Positions 52,907 to 64,000 of a DNA stretch of 64,000 bases are shown in pieces. The position numbers were made by a program, and so were the translations under genes. The first letter of the stretch is position 1, and each line of letters opens with the position of its first letter. Location: assembly GCF_009834535.1 (NCBI RefSeq), contig NC_045696.1, forward strand, positions 120,096,001 through 120,160,000. The letters are read 5' to 3'. The stretch is from Camelus ferus. Lineage: Eukaryota. A model generated the notes under the pieces. That model was given only the letters and a program-made list of their open reading frames with translations, did not search any database and was not told the origin of the DNA.

Positions 52907-53536
52907 CGTGTCCGACTGCAGTCCCGGCTGACTTGGTATTCCTCATTGAGGAATTTCCCAGGCACAGGCACTTGAATTTCCAACAAGTTGTCAGTTTCTT
53001 AAAGACCACCATCCGCTCTCTAAGATTTCATCCAGAGGTTGTGAGAATTGGCTTGGTCTTCTACAGCGAGGAACCACAGCTTGAGTTTTCACTGGATACA
53101 TTTCAGGATCCAGCCAAGATCTTGGAGCATCTGGACAAATTAACCTACAGGGGGAGAAGGGGAAGGACCAAGACCGGTGCTGCTTTGGATTTCCTGAGGA
53201 ATGAGGTTTTCATTCAGGAGAAGGGCAGCCGATCCTTGCAAGGTGTACAGCAGGTAGCCGTGGTCATCACAGAAAGCTCCTCCCAAGACAGAGTGTCCAG
53301 GCCCGCTTCTCTCCTCCGCAGGGCAGGGGTTACCATCTATGCAGTGGGTACCCAGATTGCCTCAGAGAACTCAGATCTGGAGAAGATAGCGTCCCATCCT
53401 CCTTGGAAGTATGTCATCTCCCTCGAATCTTTTTTGCAACTCACCGTTGTGGGAAGCAAGATTAAGAACCAGCTCTGCCCTGAGATTGTAGGCACCAGGG
53501 CTTCCATTTCTGGGATGGGCTCTGAGCTACAAGAAG
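52907..53536 (+). CDS. COL6A4: COL6A4 coding exon 5, vWA domain 4 (no MIDAS)
   Basis: ORF 52849..53559 VPADLVFLIEEF...; acceptor ttatAG 52905-06, donor G|gtagga 53537; 630 nt. Confidence 0.95.
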
Positions 53537-56120
53537 GTAGGAGGATTTCCCAAATTTGATCTTTTTAAAAAAAATGTTTATTCTGTTTGCTCCTTACCCA
53601 CACCTGCTCTACCTCCCACCCAAGAAAAGATTTTGGAGTCAATTCATTGAAAAACAGAAACAAAACTTATGAAACCTTTATTTTGTCTTGACTCTACACA
53701 GTGGAGAATGTGAAGTAAAAAGTGAACACGGCCCCGTCTTCCTGTCTTACCCCTCATTCCTTTTAACAAACAATTTGATGAAAAAATATGGATTTTTACA
53801 GTAGAAGCTGTAGGGATCTACAGTAGAATCTGTAGAATCTGTAGATTGACCAGACCTTAAGTCATATAAAGTGGCAGATTATTTCAAAAGAGAAAGATAC
53901 AAACATTCTTGAAATTAAAACATCTAACTTCAAATATAGTAAATGAACATCAATTTGCCAATCTTTTGTGCAGGGCCAAGGCTTCTTTGACTAGGAGCCC
54001 CGCTGATTGGAGTTCTGTGTATTTGCCTCATGAATCATCCAATAGTGTATTTTCTATCATTCCCAGGTTCAGTTTCATTAATGTGGGAAGAGAACTTCAC
54101 CACCGTTGAAACCATCTATGTACAGACATCCTTATTGACTTTTATGATCTCAAAAATGCAATCCTTTGCAGTGCTCTCCAGTACACCACCAACTTCTTTT
54201 TTTTAATTAAAACATTTTTAAAATTATTTTTTTGAATTGAAGTACTGTCAGTTACAATGTGTCAATTTCTGGTGTACAGCACCATATCCCAGTCATGCGT
54301 ATACATACGTATATTCCTTTTTCATATTCTTTTTCATTAAAGGTTATTACAAGATATTGAACATAGTTCTTTGTGCCCTACAGAAGAAACTCTCTTTTAA
54401 ATCTATTTTTGTATATGGTGGCTAACATTATCAACAATTTCTTTTAAAGCAACTTGCCTCTACTGGGTCTTTTCTAAGTAGTTAACTTGGTTTTCATAGA
54501 TGTCATAAACCCCTTTTATTCATACTCATATCCTATAGATTTTCACAATATTTGCTTTGTTGTGTAATTATAATGATTTGCCACTTATGGGCTGTTATGA
54601 ATATCTTTGTGTCTGTCTATCTACTTGTCTGTCTGTTTTTGTCCATCCGTGCTAGTATGTCTTAGATTCAACTTAGAATTATAGAAAGAAGGTGGCAACT
54701 TGAAATGTATATAATTAACTTAAAAATTCAGAGCTGTAACTGTATCCTCAGGGGAGAATCAGTGAGCTTTAATTTATTTACTTATTTAAAAAAAAACCCA
54801 CTAAATGATTTTGTAATTTCCTGATGACTTGTGTTGAGGTCTAGAGATTTAAAATATCTAAATAAATCCCTGTCTTCCTCTTTGGCCCAGATTTTTAGTC
54901 CCTTTCTTTATCTCGGGAATGAGGAACAAAATCATTAACTATGAATTTCACTGGCTTGTGAACCCCCTGCTTACATTCTCTCCTTCTGATTGTCAAACAG
55001 TGAAAAGAGTTGAGAGTTGATTTCTTTCCCAGACTGCATAGCAGCTAAAAAGAAACCTGTAATCAGGAAAATCTGCCCAAAGTCTGGGGTAGTTCGATGT
55101 AGGGGCAGCTTAGAGGTAAGGAGAAGTTGGGACAATGTCACCAGAATTCTGTCCTGGGTGATCATAACGATCATAATATCTGCCATTTATTGGTCACCTG
55201 CTGTGTGTCAGACCCTCTTCTAAGCACTTGGTTTATGTGATAGGCGTGCATATTAGCATCACTGTCAAAAATCGTCTCTCCTCCAAAATGTCCCTCTGCC
55301 AAGCTTGGCGAGAATGTGTCGCACCAGGCGGTACTTGGGCTTTTGACCCATCCTGTGGACGATGAGAAGCCCTGGGTGGTAGGGGAGCCTCTTTGGGCCA
55401 CTGCTGAGGAGAAAGGACCACTGCACAGGAAAGGGCTGGCCGCAGAGATACGGCTTCCTGCGCAGTGGTCTTTTACTTGGACTCAGACCAGCCACGACCT
55501 GTTGCCAGTGGGTGCTGTTTCCATCAAAGGTCCGGTTCCTGCCTTCTCTTTTCAAAATTCCCCCTCCATTCTCCAAGGATTCAGCAAACACTTCCAAGCC
55601 GCACTCTGTTCCGATGCCTGCCCCTCTAGGGTGGGGTTGGCAGATAAATACAAGATGGCCAGTGAAATTTGAATTTCATTCAGATAAACAACAGATATTT
55701 TATCTAGTGTAGGATGTTTCATGTGTTGCATGGACCAAGTCCTCCCAAGTGGTGGCCTGAACAAGGGAGACCACTGCCCTTCTGGTCAGGAGCCGTGAAA
55801 AGGCGTCCCTGGGTCAAGGAATCCAGAGATTAATAACATAAGGCTGAAGGGATTGAGGGCAAAATTATGCTGTTCTTTCTGAGAAATCTGCTACATGACA
55901 AAAGTAAAACACTGGGTGATCTTAACTGTGAATTTTTGTTTATTTGTTTGTTTGTTTTTGAAGAGGGGAAGATAGTTAGATCTATTTATTTTTTTAAGGG
56001 GATGATTTTCAAAAAATGTTATTTGTATTTTTTAATTTACAATGTTGTATTAGCTTCTGGAGGGAAGGTAATTAAGTTTATTTATTTAGTTTTGGTAATG
56101 ATTTTTTTAAAAAAATTATT

Positions 56121-58533
56121 CTTTTTTTAAATTTTAAACACTTTTTAATTGAGTAATAGTCATTTTACAATGTTGTGTCAAATTCCAGTGTAGAGCACAA
56201 TATTTCACTTATACGTGAATATACATATATTCATTGTCATGTTTTTTTCACTATGAGCTACCACAAGATCTTGTATATATTTCCCTGTGCTATACAGTAT
56301 AATCTTGTTCATCTAGTCTACATTTTAAAATCCCAGTCTGTCCCTTCCCACCCACTGCCCCCTTGGCAACCACAAGTTTGTATTCTGTGTCTATGAGTCT
56401 GTTTCTGTTTTGAATTTATGTTTTTTGTTTTTTTTTAGATTCCACATATGAGTGATTTCATATGGTATTTTTCTTTCTCTTTCTGGCTTACTTCACTTAG
56501 AATGACATTCTCCAGGAACATCCACGTTGCTGCAAATGGTGTTATGTTGTCATTTTTATGGCTGAATAGTATTCCATTGTATAAATATACCACTTCTTCT
56601 TTATCCAGTCATCTGTCGATGGACATTTAGGCTGTTTCCATGTCTTGGCTATTGTAAATAGTGCTGCTATGAACACTGGGGTGCAGGTGTCTTTTTGAAG
56701 TAGGGTTCCTTCTGGATATATGTCCAGGGATTCCTGGGTCACATGGTAAGTCTATTCCTAGCCTTTTGAGGAATCTCCATACTGTTTTCCACAGTGGCTT
56801 TCGTTGCTTCCCTCTCCCACTTTTAATGATTTAGATGTTTTCTTTTCAATTTTGTGTTTATTTTATTTGTAATTCATGGTAGTTATCACCTTTCCAGTTA
56901 TGAGTCTCTCATTTCTGTAGCATCCTGCTTCTTTTCTATTTAGAGTAGACCTGTCAATATTTCTTTTAGCATGGGTTTAGTGTTGCTAAACTCTTTTGGT
57001 TTTTGCTTGTCTGTGAAGTTCTTTATCTCTCCTTCTATTCTAAAGGATAGCCTTGCTGGATAGAGTATCCTAGGCTGCATCTTTTTTTCATTCAGGACTT
57101 TGAATGTATCTTGCCACTCCCTTCTGGCCTGTAGTGTTTGTGTAGAGAAATCAGCTGAGAGCCTTTTAGGGGTTCCCTTGTAACCCACTCTGTTTTTCTC
57201 TTGCTGCCTTTAGGATCATTTCTTTATCCTTGACTCTGGCCATCTTGATTATGATATGTCTTGGTGTGGGTCTGTTTGGGTTCTTCCTGTTTGGAACCCT
57301 CTGAGCCTCCTGTACTAGGATATCTGATTCCTTCTTTAGGTTTGGGAAGTTTTCAGTTATGATTTCTTCCAATGCCTTTTCAATCCCCTTTGTTCTTTCT
57401 TCCCCTTCTGGAACCCCTGTTATGCGAAGATTGGCACGCTTTATATTATCCCATAGGTCCCTTATGCTATTTTCAATAGTTTTTATATGTTTATCTGTAG
57501 CTGGAGACAGTGTGCTCTTAATGATTTTATCGAGAGGTCTTTGTGTCTTCATCCTGTTTCATGAACTCAGCTTGCTTTTTCCAGAGGCCCTCTGCTGGCA
57601 CACTTGTCTGTGCTGCTCCCAGTGGCTGTTGGCTAGTAGATCGCACCCCCTCCCAACACTGGGTCTGGTGCTGAGCTCTTACTTGGTGGGCAGGCAGGTC
57701 ACTCCCCCTCCTGATGCCACAGTCAGATGCTGCACTCTGGGGAGGCAGGTGGGCAGATTGCGCCCCCTCCCAGTACCGTGGTCAGGTGCTGCATTCCTGC
57801 CAGGAAGGCAGGTGGCCATCCACCCTCTCCCGGCACCAGTTGCTCCACTGCTCTGTGCAGCTGCCCGCTCTGCCTCGGGTTGGCACTCCATAGGTGTGCA
57901 GGGAAGACCGGGGAACAGCCCCACCCCTGCTCCATGCCAGATCTCATCTCCTTGTTTGTCTTGGTAGCGCGAGTTCTCTGAGGTGTCAGGGCGGAAAGCT
58001 CCTATGTGTCTCAGGCTGTAAACAAGTCTCAGTCCTGCCCAGGAGGTTGCAGAGCCCCCGGGTGTGGAGTCAGGTCTCGGCCTCACCCCCGCCCAGGCAC
58101 TGTGCACAGGAGGAGATGGCGGCTGTGGTTGCACCCTGCCTCTCTTCTCGCAAGAAACGCCAGTAATGGCGCCTTGGGTCTGAGGAGACGAAGGCTATGG
58201 TGCCCCTCCCCCCAGGGCACACCAGCCTTGTTGCTTTGCTTTTTTCACAATTTATGGGGGACGGAGGTTGTTCTGCTCCATGCCCCCTCCCAGCCATGGC
58301 GTGCAGCCCCCTGAAGTCCCCCCGGGCTGTGTCAGTGCAGCTGCCTCTGTCCTCTACACAGCTCGGGCGGCCTGTCCCAGCCCCAGCTGTTGGCTCGCAT
58401 CTTGGGCTGGGTGTCACGGGGACCCTTTGTGCCCGTTTAACTTAGTTCTGTTGGTCAAGGGGTGCTCAGGCCAGATCTAAGCCTCAGAGGCTCCCCCATT
58501 GTTCTACTCCACTGTCTTGCTTCTCTCTCCTTC
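56121..58533 (-). mobile_element. Internally deleted LINE-1 derivative (~2.4 kb): 5' tip, most of 5'UTR, C-terminal ORF1, spacer, ORF2 end and 3'UTR
   Basis: Segments align by eye to the full-length copy at ~18735-18760, 19029-19958, 20777-21473 and 25165-25850; ORFs 57166..57552, 56940..57188, 56542..56742. Confidence 0.88.
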
Positions 58534-58603
58534 AAAAAAATTTATTATTTTTTTTTTGATTTACAATGTTGTATTAGTTTCTGGTGTATAGTATAGTGAT
58601 TCA

Positions 58604-58606
<3 letters not shown>

Positions 58607-58686
<80 letters not shown>
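58607..58686. repeat. Compound (AC)n(TA)n microsatellite inside an L1 3' tip
   Basis: Directly visible. Confidence 0.95.
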
Positions 58687-58688
<2 letters not shown>

Positions 58689-58799
58689 TTGTTCATATTC
58701 TTTTCCATTACAGGTTACTATAAGCCACTGAATATTATTCCCTGTGTTATACAGTAGAACCTTGTTATTTATCTATTCTGTACATAGTAGTTTGTATTT

Positions 58800-58888
58800 A
58801 TTTATTTTTAATGGTGTGCTGGGGATTGAACCCAGGACCTCGTGCTTGCTAAGCACATGCTCTACCACTGAGTTATACCCTCACCCCC
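58800..58888 (-). mobile_element. Vic-1-like SINE
   Basis: ggggattgaacccaggacctcgtgcttgctaagcacatgctctaccactgagttataccc. Confidence 0.85.
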
Positions 58889-59514
58889 GTGCCCATGCAT
58901 TTAAAAAGGATAACTTGCAGTGGAAGCAGGTATATTGGATGCTGAGACAATCTATCGCTTCAGATAGGCTCTGATGTGTCACTTTTAGCTTGTTCTCAAC
59001 ATCCCCATTTGAGAAACGTCAAGTCGTATTTTCCTCACATCTTTGGGGTTCATCAGAAACAGACTCCGAGACAAGGATGTAGGTTCAAGTGATTTATCTG
59101 GGAGGCGAGTGCAGGGGACACTGTTGGGGAGTGGAGGCTGGGGAGAGGGAGGGAAGGCAGCCAGCACAGGTTGAGTTAGTGAGCAGGCGATGGCTGGAGG
59201 CACCAGGCTCAGCTTTGCTGAGGACTCCGAGGGTTCCCCCTAGAGTGGTCCCACCAAACAGCAAGGGAGACGGGGTACTTAACCACCGGCCCTGTCAATC
59301 ATGGCAGGTGGCTGCTCCATCTCACTCCTGGCCTGACTGGGGTGTGGGCCAATCATGCCCTTGGCCAAGGAACATCCTTAGGGAGAGTTTCAGGTGCTTT
59401 TAGTAGAAAGGGAGCAATGAGGGCTCAGGGAACCGGGGGCATGGGGATCGATCGCTTTGCCACGGGCCATCTCCAATGTTGCTCTCATGGCTGCCACTTC
59501 CTCTTACCACCTAG

Positions 59515-60060
59515 GCTGTGTGCACATCCAGAAGGCAGATATTTACTTCCTTATTGACGGGTCCAGCAGCATCAACCCAGACGATTTTCTCGAAATGAAA
59601 GTGTTCATGAACGAGGTGATAAAGATGTTCCACGTGGGGCCTGACAGAGTACAGTTTGGAGTCGTTCAGTACTCAGACGATATCGACACTCAGTTTATCC
59701 TCAGCCAGCATCCCAGCGGGGAAGGGCTGAAGGCTGCCATTGATGGCATGCAGCAGAAAGGAGGGGGCACCATGACCGGCCGGGCCTTGGGCCACATGGT
59801 TCAGGTCTTTGCAGACACCACTCGCAGCAACGTGCCTTGCTATCTCATCGTCATCACCGACGGAAAATCTATGGATCACGTAGCAGAGGCCGCAGAGGCA
59901 TTGAGGAGAGACAGAGTCACCATTTATGCCGTTGGAGTCAGGGATGCTAACACTGCTGAGCTTCGGGAGATGGCTGAGGACAGAATGTTTTTCGTGCATG
60001 ATTTTGATTCTTTGAAGGCCATCCAACAAGAAGTGGTACAGGACATCTGCTCCTCAGAGA
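59515..60060 (+). CDS. COL6A4: COL6A4 coding exon 6, vWA domain 5 (DGSSS)
   Basis: ORF 59457..60119 KADIYFLIDGSSSINPDDF; acceptor acctAG 59513-14, donor A|gtaaga 60061; 546 nt. Confidence 0.95.
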
Positions 60061-60423
60061 GTAAGAATATTTTTCTTCAGTCTCTCTCTCTCTGTGTCTC
60101 TCTGAGTATGTATGTCTAATCTATTTGTATAGGCTTCATTCCCCAAGCATGGATTCACTGGTCCAAAAGTGAGCACTGGACACAGAGTGACCATGACCTA
60201 GATTGATCCAAGGTGGTCACATTTTATATCTTTATCACACAGCTGTGTCTTATTTTGAGACTTGTTCGTACCGGGTCACAGAAAATTTATTTCGTTGACT
60301 TCCCTTTCCACCCCCTTTAAATGTATTTTGTGTTGTATATATGTTACCCTAGACTCTTCTTGGCAGCTTGTAATTAATTGGTTTCAGACTCTGAGAGAAT
60401 GTTCTGCCCTTTCCCCCACCCAG

Positions 60424-60978
60424 CCTGTAAGAACAGGAAAGCTGACATCATCTTCCTGATGGATGGTTCTGAGTCCATCCCCCCGAAAAACTTTGAAAGG
60501 ATGAAGGGATTCATGAGGCGAATGGTGAACCTATCTAATATCAGTGCCGATGAAATTCGGATCGGCCTTCTGCAGTTCAGCTCCAACCCGCAGGAAGAAT
60601 TCAGGCTCGGCCAGCACTCCTCCAAGGCGGACATCCACAGGGCCATCTCGAACGTTAAGCAAATAAATGATGGCACCTACACCGGGAAAGCCCTTAACTT
60701 CACGCTGTCTTTTTTTGACAGTTCAAGAGGAGGGAGGCCCAGTGTTCATCAGTATTTGATTGTAATCACCGACGGGGTCTCCCAGGACAGTGTAGTCCTA
60801 CCGGCCAAGGCCCTCAGGGACAGAAACATCATTATCTTTGCCATTGGGGTAGGAGGAGCCAGAAAGTCTCAGCTTTTGGAGATCACTAAGGACCAGGGCA
60901 AAGTGTACTATGAAGAAAAATTTGAGTCCCTGCAAAACCTGGAGAAGGAGATTCTGTACAAGATCTGCATTCCACAAG
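60424..60978 (+). CDS. COL6A4: COL6A4 coding exon 7, vWA domain 6 (DGSES); gene continues beyond the window
   Basis: ORF 60378..61013 KADIIFLMDGSESI...FFDSSRGGRP; acceptor acccAG 60422-23, donor G|gtgagg 60979; 555 nt. Confidence 0.95.
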
Positions 60979-63900
60979 GTGAGGGACAGAGAGTTTTGTC
61001 ACTCAATCCATAAGCCCATGGTAGGTGTCTGGGACCAGGCTGGCTCTCTTAGTGAAATAAAACTGGTCCTTCTAGCTGGAGGAGGGAGGGAAAATCACGC
61101 TGTGGGGAAGATAACGGCCCTGAAGGAACGCTGTGGTCTCCTTCCCTTGGGAAATTTTTCATCATTCACGTGGCTGTCATCACTCACATGGCTGTCATCA
61201 CTCTGGACTCCAGAGGCCTGACCCTTCTCCAAACTCTGCCTCTAGTAAGTCCTCCCAACTCTTCCTTCATTCCTTGTAGATTTGAAGCCAGACTGGAATG
61301 TGCAAACACGGCCTACTGGAGATTGGGGTCCAGAGAAAGGAAAAGAGAAACAGTGAATAAGATCAGTCAGATAGTTGTTCTTATGAAATAGAACATGCTG
61401 TCTTTTCCATGCGACTCTGTACTGGGTCTTGCTTCTTGGTTGCCATTTTGTTTCCATATGGCTCATTTCATCCTCAATCCCATTTTATCTCCTCAAGCTT
61501 TTCTCTGAAACAACAGGATCTGGAGACAAGGGTTCCTCCTCCCAACAGTTTGGGTTTCCCTTGGCTCTTTTCCCGAGACTTGAGACTGACTTGAGACTGA
61601 ATGTCTTCACGGATGCCTCCTACCCATGGGGACAAGATGCCACACATACATTGTAATTAGAAGGGCTCACCTTTAGATGTGTTGTTTTTTTTTTTGTACC
61701 AAGTCCTGTTCCGAGGGCTCCCATAGGTTAAAACATTCTGTCTTCACCTAACCCTATTAATAAGTAGATACTACTTAACAAATGAGAAAACCAAGGGCAT
61801 GGCAAAATCAGGTTATTTGGCCCAAGTAAATAGCAGAGGTGTTCATGAACTTGAGGCAGTCTGGTTCCAGGGTCTGTGTGCCAAATCCTGTTCTAGGTGC
61901 CTTTTGGTGTATAGCACAACAGGGCCTCTCAGATGAATGTGCATTTGAATCACCCGGGGACCTTGTTAAACTGCAGTTACCGATTCAGTGGGTTGGGGGT
62001 GAGTCTGCATTTCTAAGAGGCTTCCAGGGGATGCTGACTCTGCTAGTCTTCAAATCACCCTTTGAGTAGGAGGGTTGTACGGTACAGTACAGGATGGAGT
62101 AGGAGGCTGAAATACAGTGTAGTATGTTATAGTACGCAATAGGACAGCGCAGGATGGTATCGTGATATGTGGCAAAGTATAGTGTATAGTTATGTCCTAT
62201 GGAATAATGTATAATGAAACTCATAAAGCCCAATATTCCTAAATCAACCCCATGTGAAATAGGGGGGTTATTATTATAATACTCAATTATTATGATACTC
62301 AATTTCCAGCTGAGAAAAACAAGAGAAAGGTTAGGAAACACAGATGGAAAATCAAGAAGGCAGAGGTTTTGAATTTCCCATCAGTTTTGGTATCGAAAAG
62401 CCAGATCCAATTTTGTAGAATATTAAGTATATATATATGTATATATATATACATATATATATATGTATATATATACATATATTTAATTGAAGTATAGTCA
62501 GTTACAATGTGTCAATTTCTGGTGTACAGCACAATGTCCCAGTCATGAATATACATATATTTTTTTCATATTCTTTTCTATTAAAGGTTATTACAAGATA
62601 TCAAATATGGTTGCCTGTGCTCTACAGAAGAAATTTGTTTTTTGATCTATTTCTGTCTAAAGGGTATCACTACTTATCAGTGTCTTTGGTGAATTCAGGA
62701 ATCAATTGAAAGGAGTGTGTGTGTAAAATTGTTTTTTTTTTAAATAAGCATGGATTATGGGATGTCCTGTATTAAGCAGTTCAGATTCTTCAGGAATCAA
62801 AATCCTATTTTTGTTTTGTTTTGTTTGTATGCAGCTGGGTATTGTCCTAGGGAGGAGAAGAAATATAGGAGTCTAGGTTCTCTTTTCAGATCATTTTGCG
62901 CCACCTAGTAAATTAGGATTTATATTTATCTTCAGCTCTGTCTTTTGATTTTTTGGCTTAAATTAGCTGGATACTCTAATAATGGCTGAAACCTAATTAA
63001 TTCTAGAATTCTAGAATCATAACGCTGAATCAGAAAGACCTTAGAGTTTCAACTCTCTCCCTTAACAGGCAAAGAAAATGCTCCTGGCGGTACAGGGATA
63101 ATGCCAGCTGAAAATATTCTGGGGAGAATGCAAATTAGAAATGTTAGAGTAATCTACCACACTGCAAAAAAGAAATTTCTTTTTTCTGAATTTAGATCTG
63201 ATATAGAAATGAGATTTACATCTGCAGAAATTCCTTGTGGTGAATTTCAACTGGAGACTTAAAAGTCAAAACAAAGCCAAGATGTTTTATATGGAAAGAG
63301 AGGAGGAAGGCATTTTCTGTCTTTTTAATTGCAGAAACATATCTGGCCGGCTAGCACAGAGGATATTTAGAAGATTGAACAGTCATGGTTCAGCCCTGGA
63401 TCTCAGATCCCTGAGAAAGTTTAAGCCACTGATTATGACCCTTTTTACTGGTGAAGTGTCCAGTGTTTATTTTCCTCAAAACAACCCTTCCACCCCCAAA
63501 TCTGCAGTTTTGTTTTTATTGATTCTGAGCCAAATACTCCAATGTGTGCTGATCTAAGGGAACAGCGCCTACATGTCCTGGGTTGCCCTGACAATCCCAA
63601 ATTCTGCTTGTTACCCAGAAGTAGATAATAATAGTGGCTCTTTTATGGTTGATAAGTTCCATTTTAAGTTATTCTCACCAATTCTAATCCAAGTGCATCT
63701 GTGACTGCCAGCTTTTGCCTCCTCAGTGGAATTTTGTGGGTGGTCTTATTGTGAGTGGGTGGATATAGCCTGAAACATCAGTGGACCCTCAGGCTCTAGC
63801 TCCGTCCTCCCAGGAGGGCTTCAGGGCTTTTAGGCAGAAGGAACCGTGTATTGGGAATGACTGTCAGTCCTGGTCTTTTCCAACACGTTTTCCTGAAACA

Positions 63901-64000
63901 AGGTGGATGCATGTGGGTGGGAGGAAGCTTCCAGGGAAGAAGGGAGTAGTACAGCTCGTGCTGAAAGAAACTCAAGACTCATTATTTTCTTCTACATTTG

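Noticed and set aside
56780..57520. Spliced-L1 explanation for the deleted element
   Set aside because: The corresponding donor positions in the full-length copy are not GT; the junctions show only 1-3 nt microhomology.
61166..61203. 18-bp tandem duplication (also ~29-bp at 39123-39185 and a short hairpin at ~60188-60220)
   Set aside because: Only two units each; ordinary local slippage with no sign of array or RNA function.
61000..64000. Next COL6A4 exon (seventh vWA domain)
   Set aside because: No matching ORF found; it presumably lies beyond the window.

Overview
Mammalian genomic DNA, very likely a camelid, judged from several copies of a tRNA-derived SINE I recognise as Vic-1. The right third of the window holds the 5' half of an apparently intact COL6A4 (collagen VI alpha-4) gene on the + strand. 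It comprises a signal-peptide exon (ATG 41254) and six phase-1 vWA-domain exons up to 60978, with canonical GT-AG sites and an open frame over 3601 nt; the gene continues beyond the window. The first ~41 kb shows no recognisable protein-coding gene and is rich in L1, SINE, LTR, MIR/L2 and hAT MITE remnants. The most striking structure is a pair of head-to-head L1 elements (10325-15533 minus; 18730-25853 plus). They appear identical over ~4.17 kb, including ORF2-inactivating mutations, but are clearly diverged at both ends, which suggests patchy gene conversion or an assembly artefact. Other notable items are a 2.4 kb L1 derivative with three internal deletions but both termini retained, a tailless L1 5'-tip insert with a TSD, a MER3-type MITE hit by four retroinsertions, and a CTCF motif with its upstream module. 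Repeat family names and protein comparisons are from recall, not database searches.
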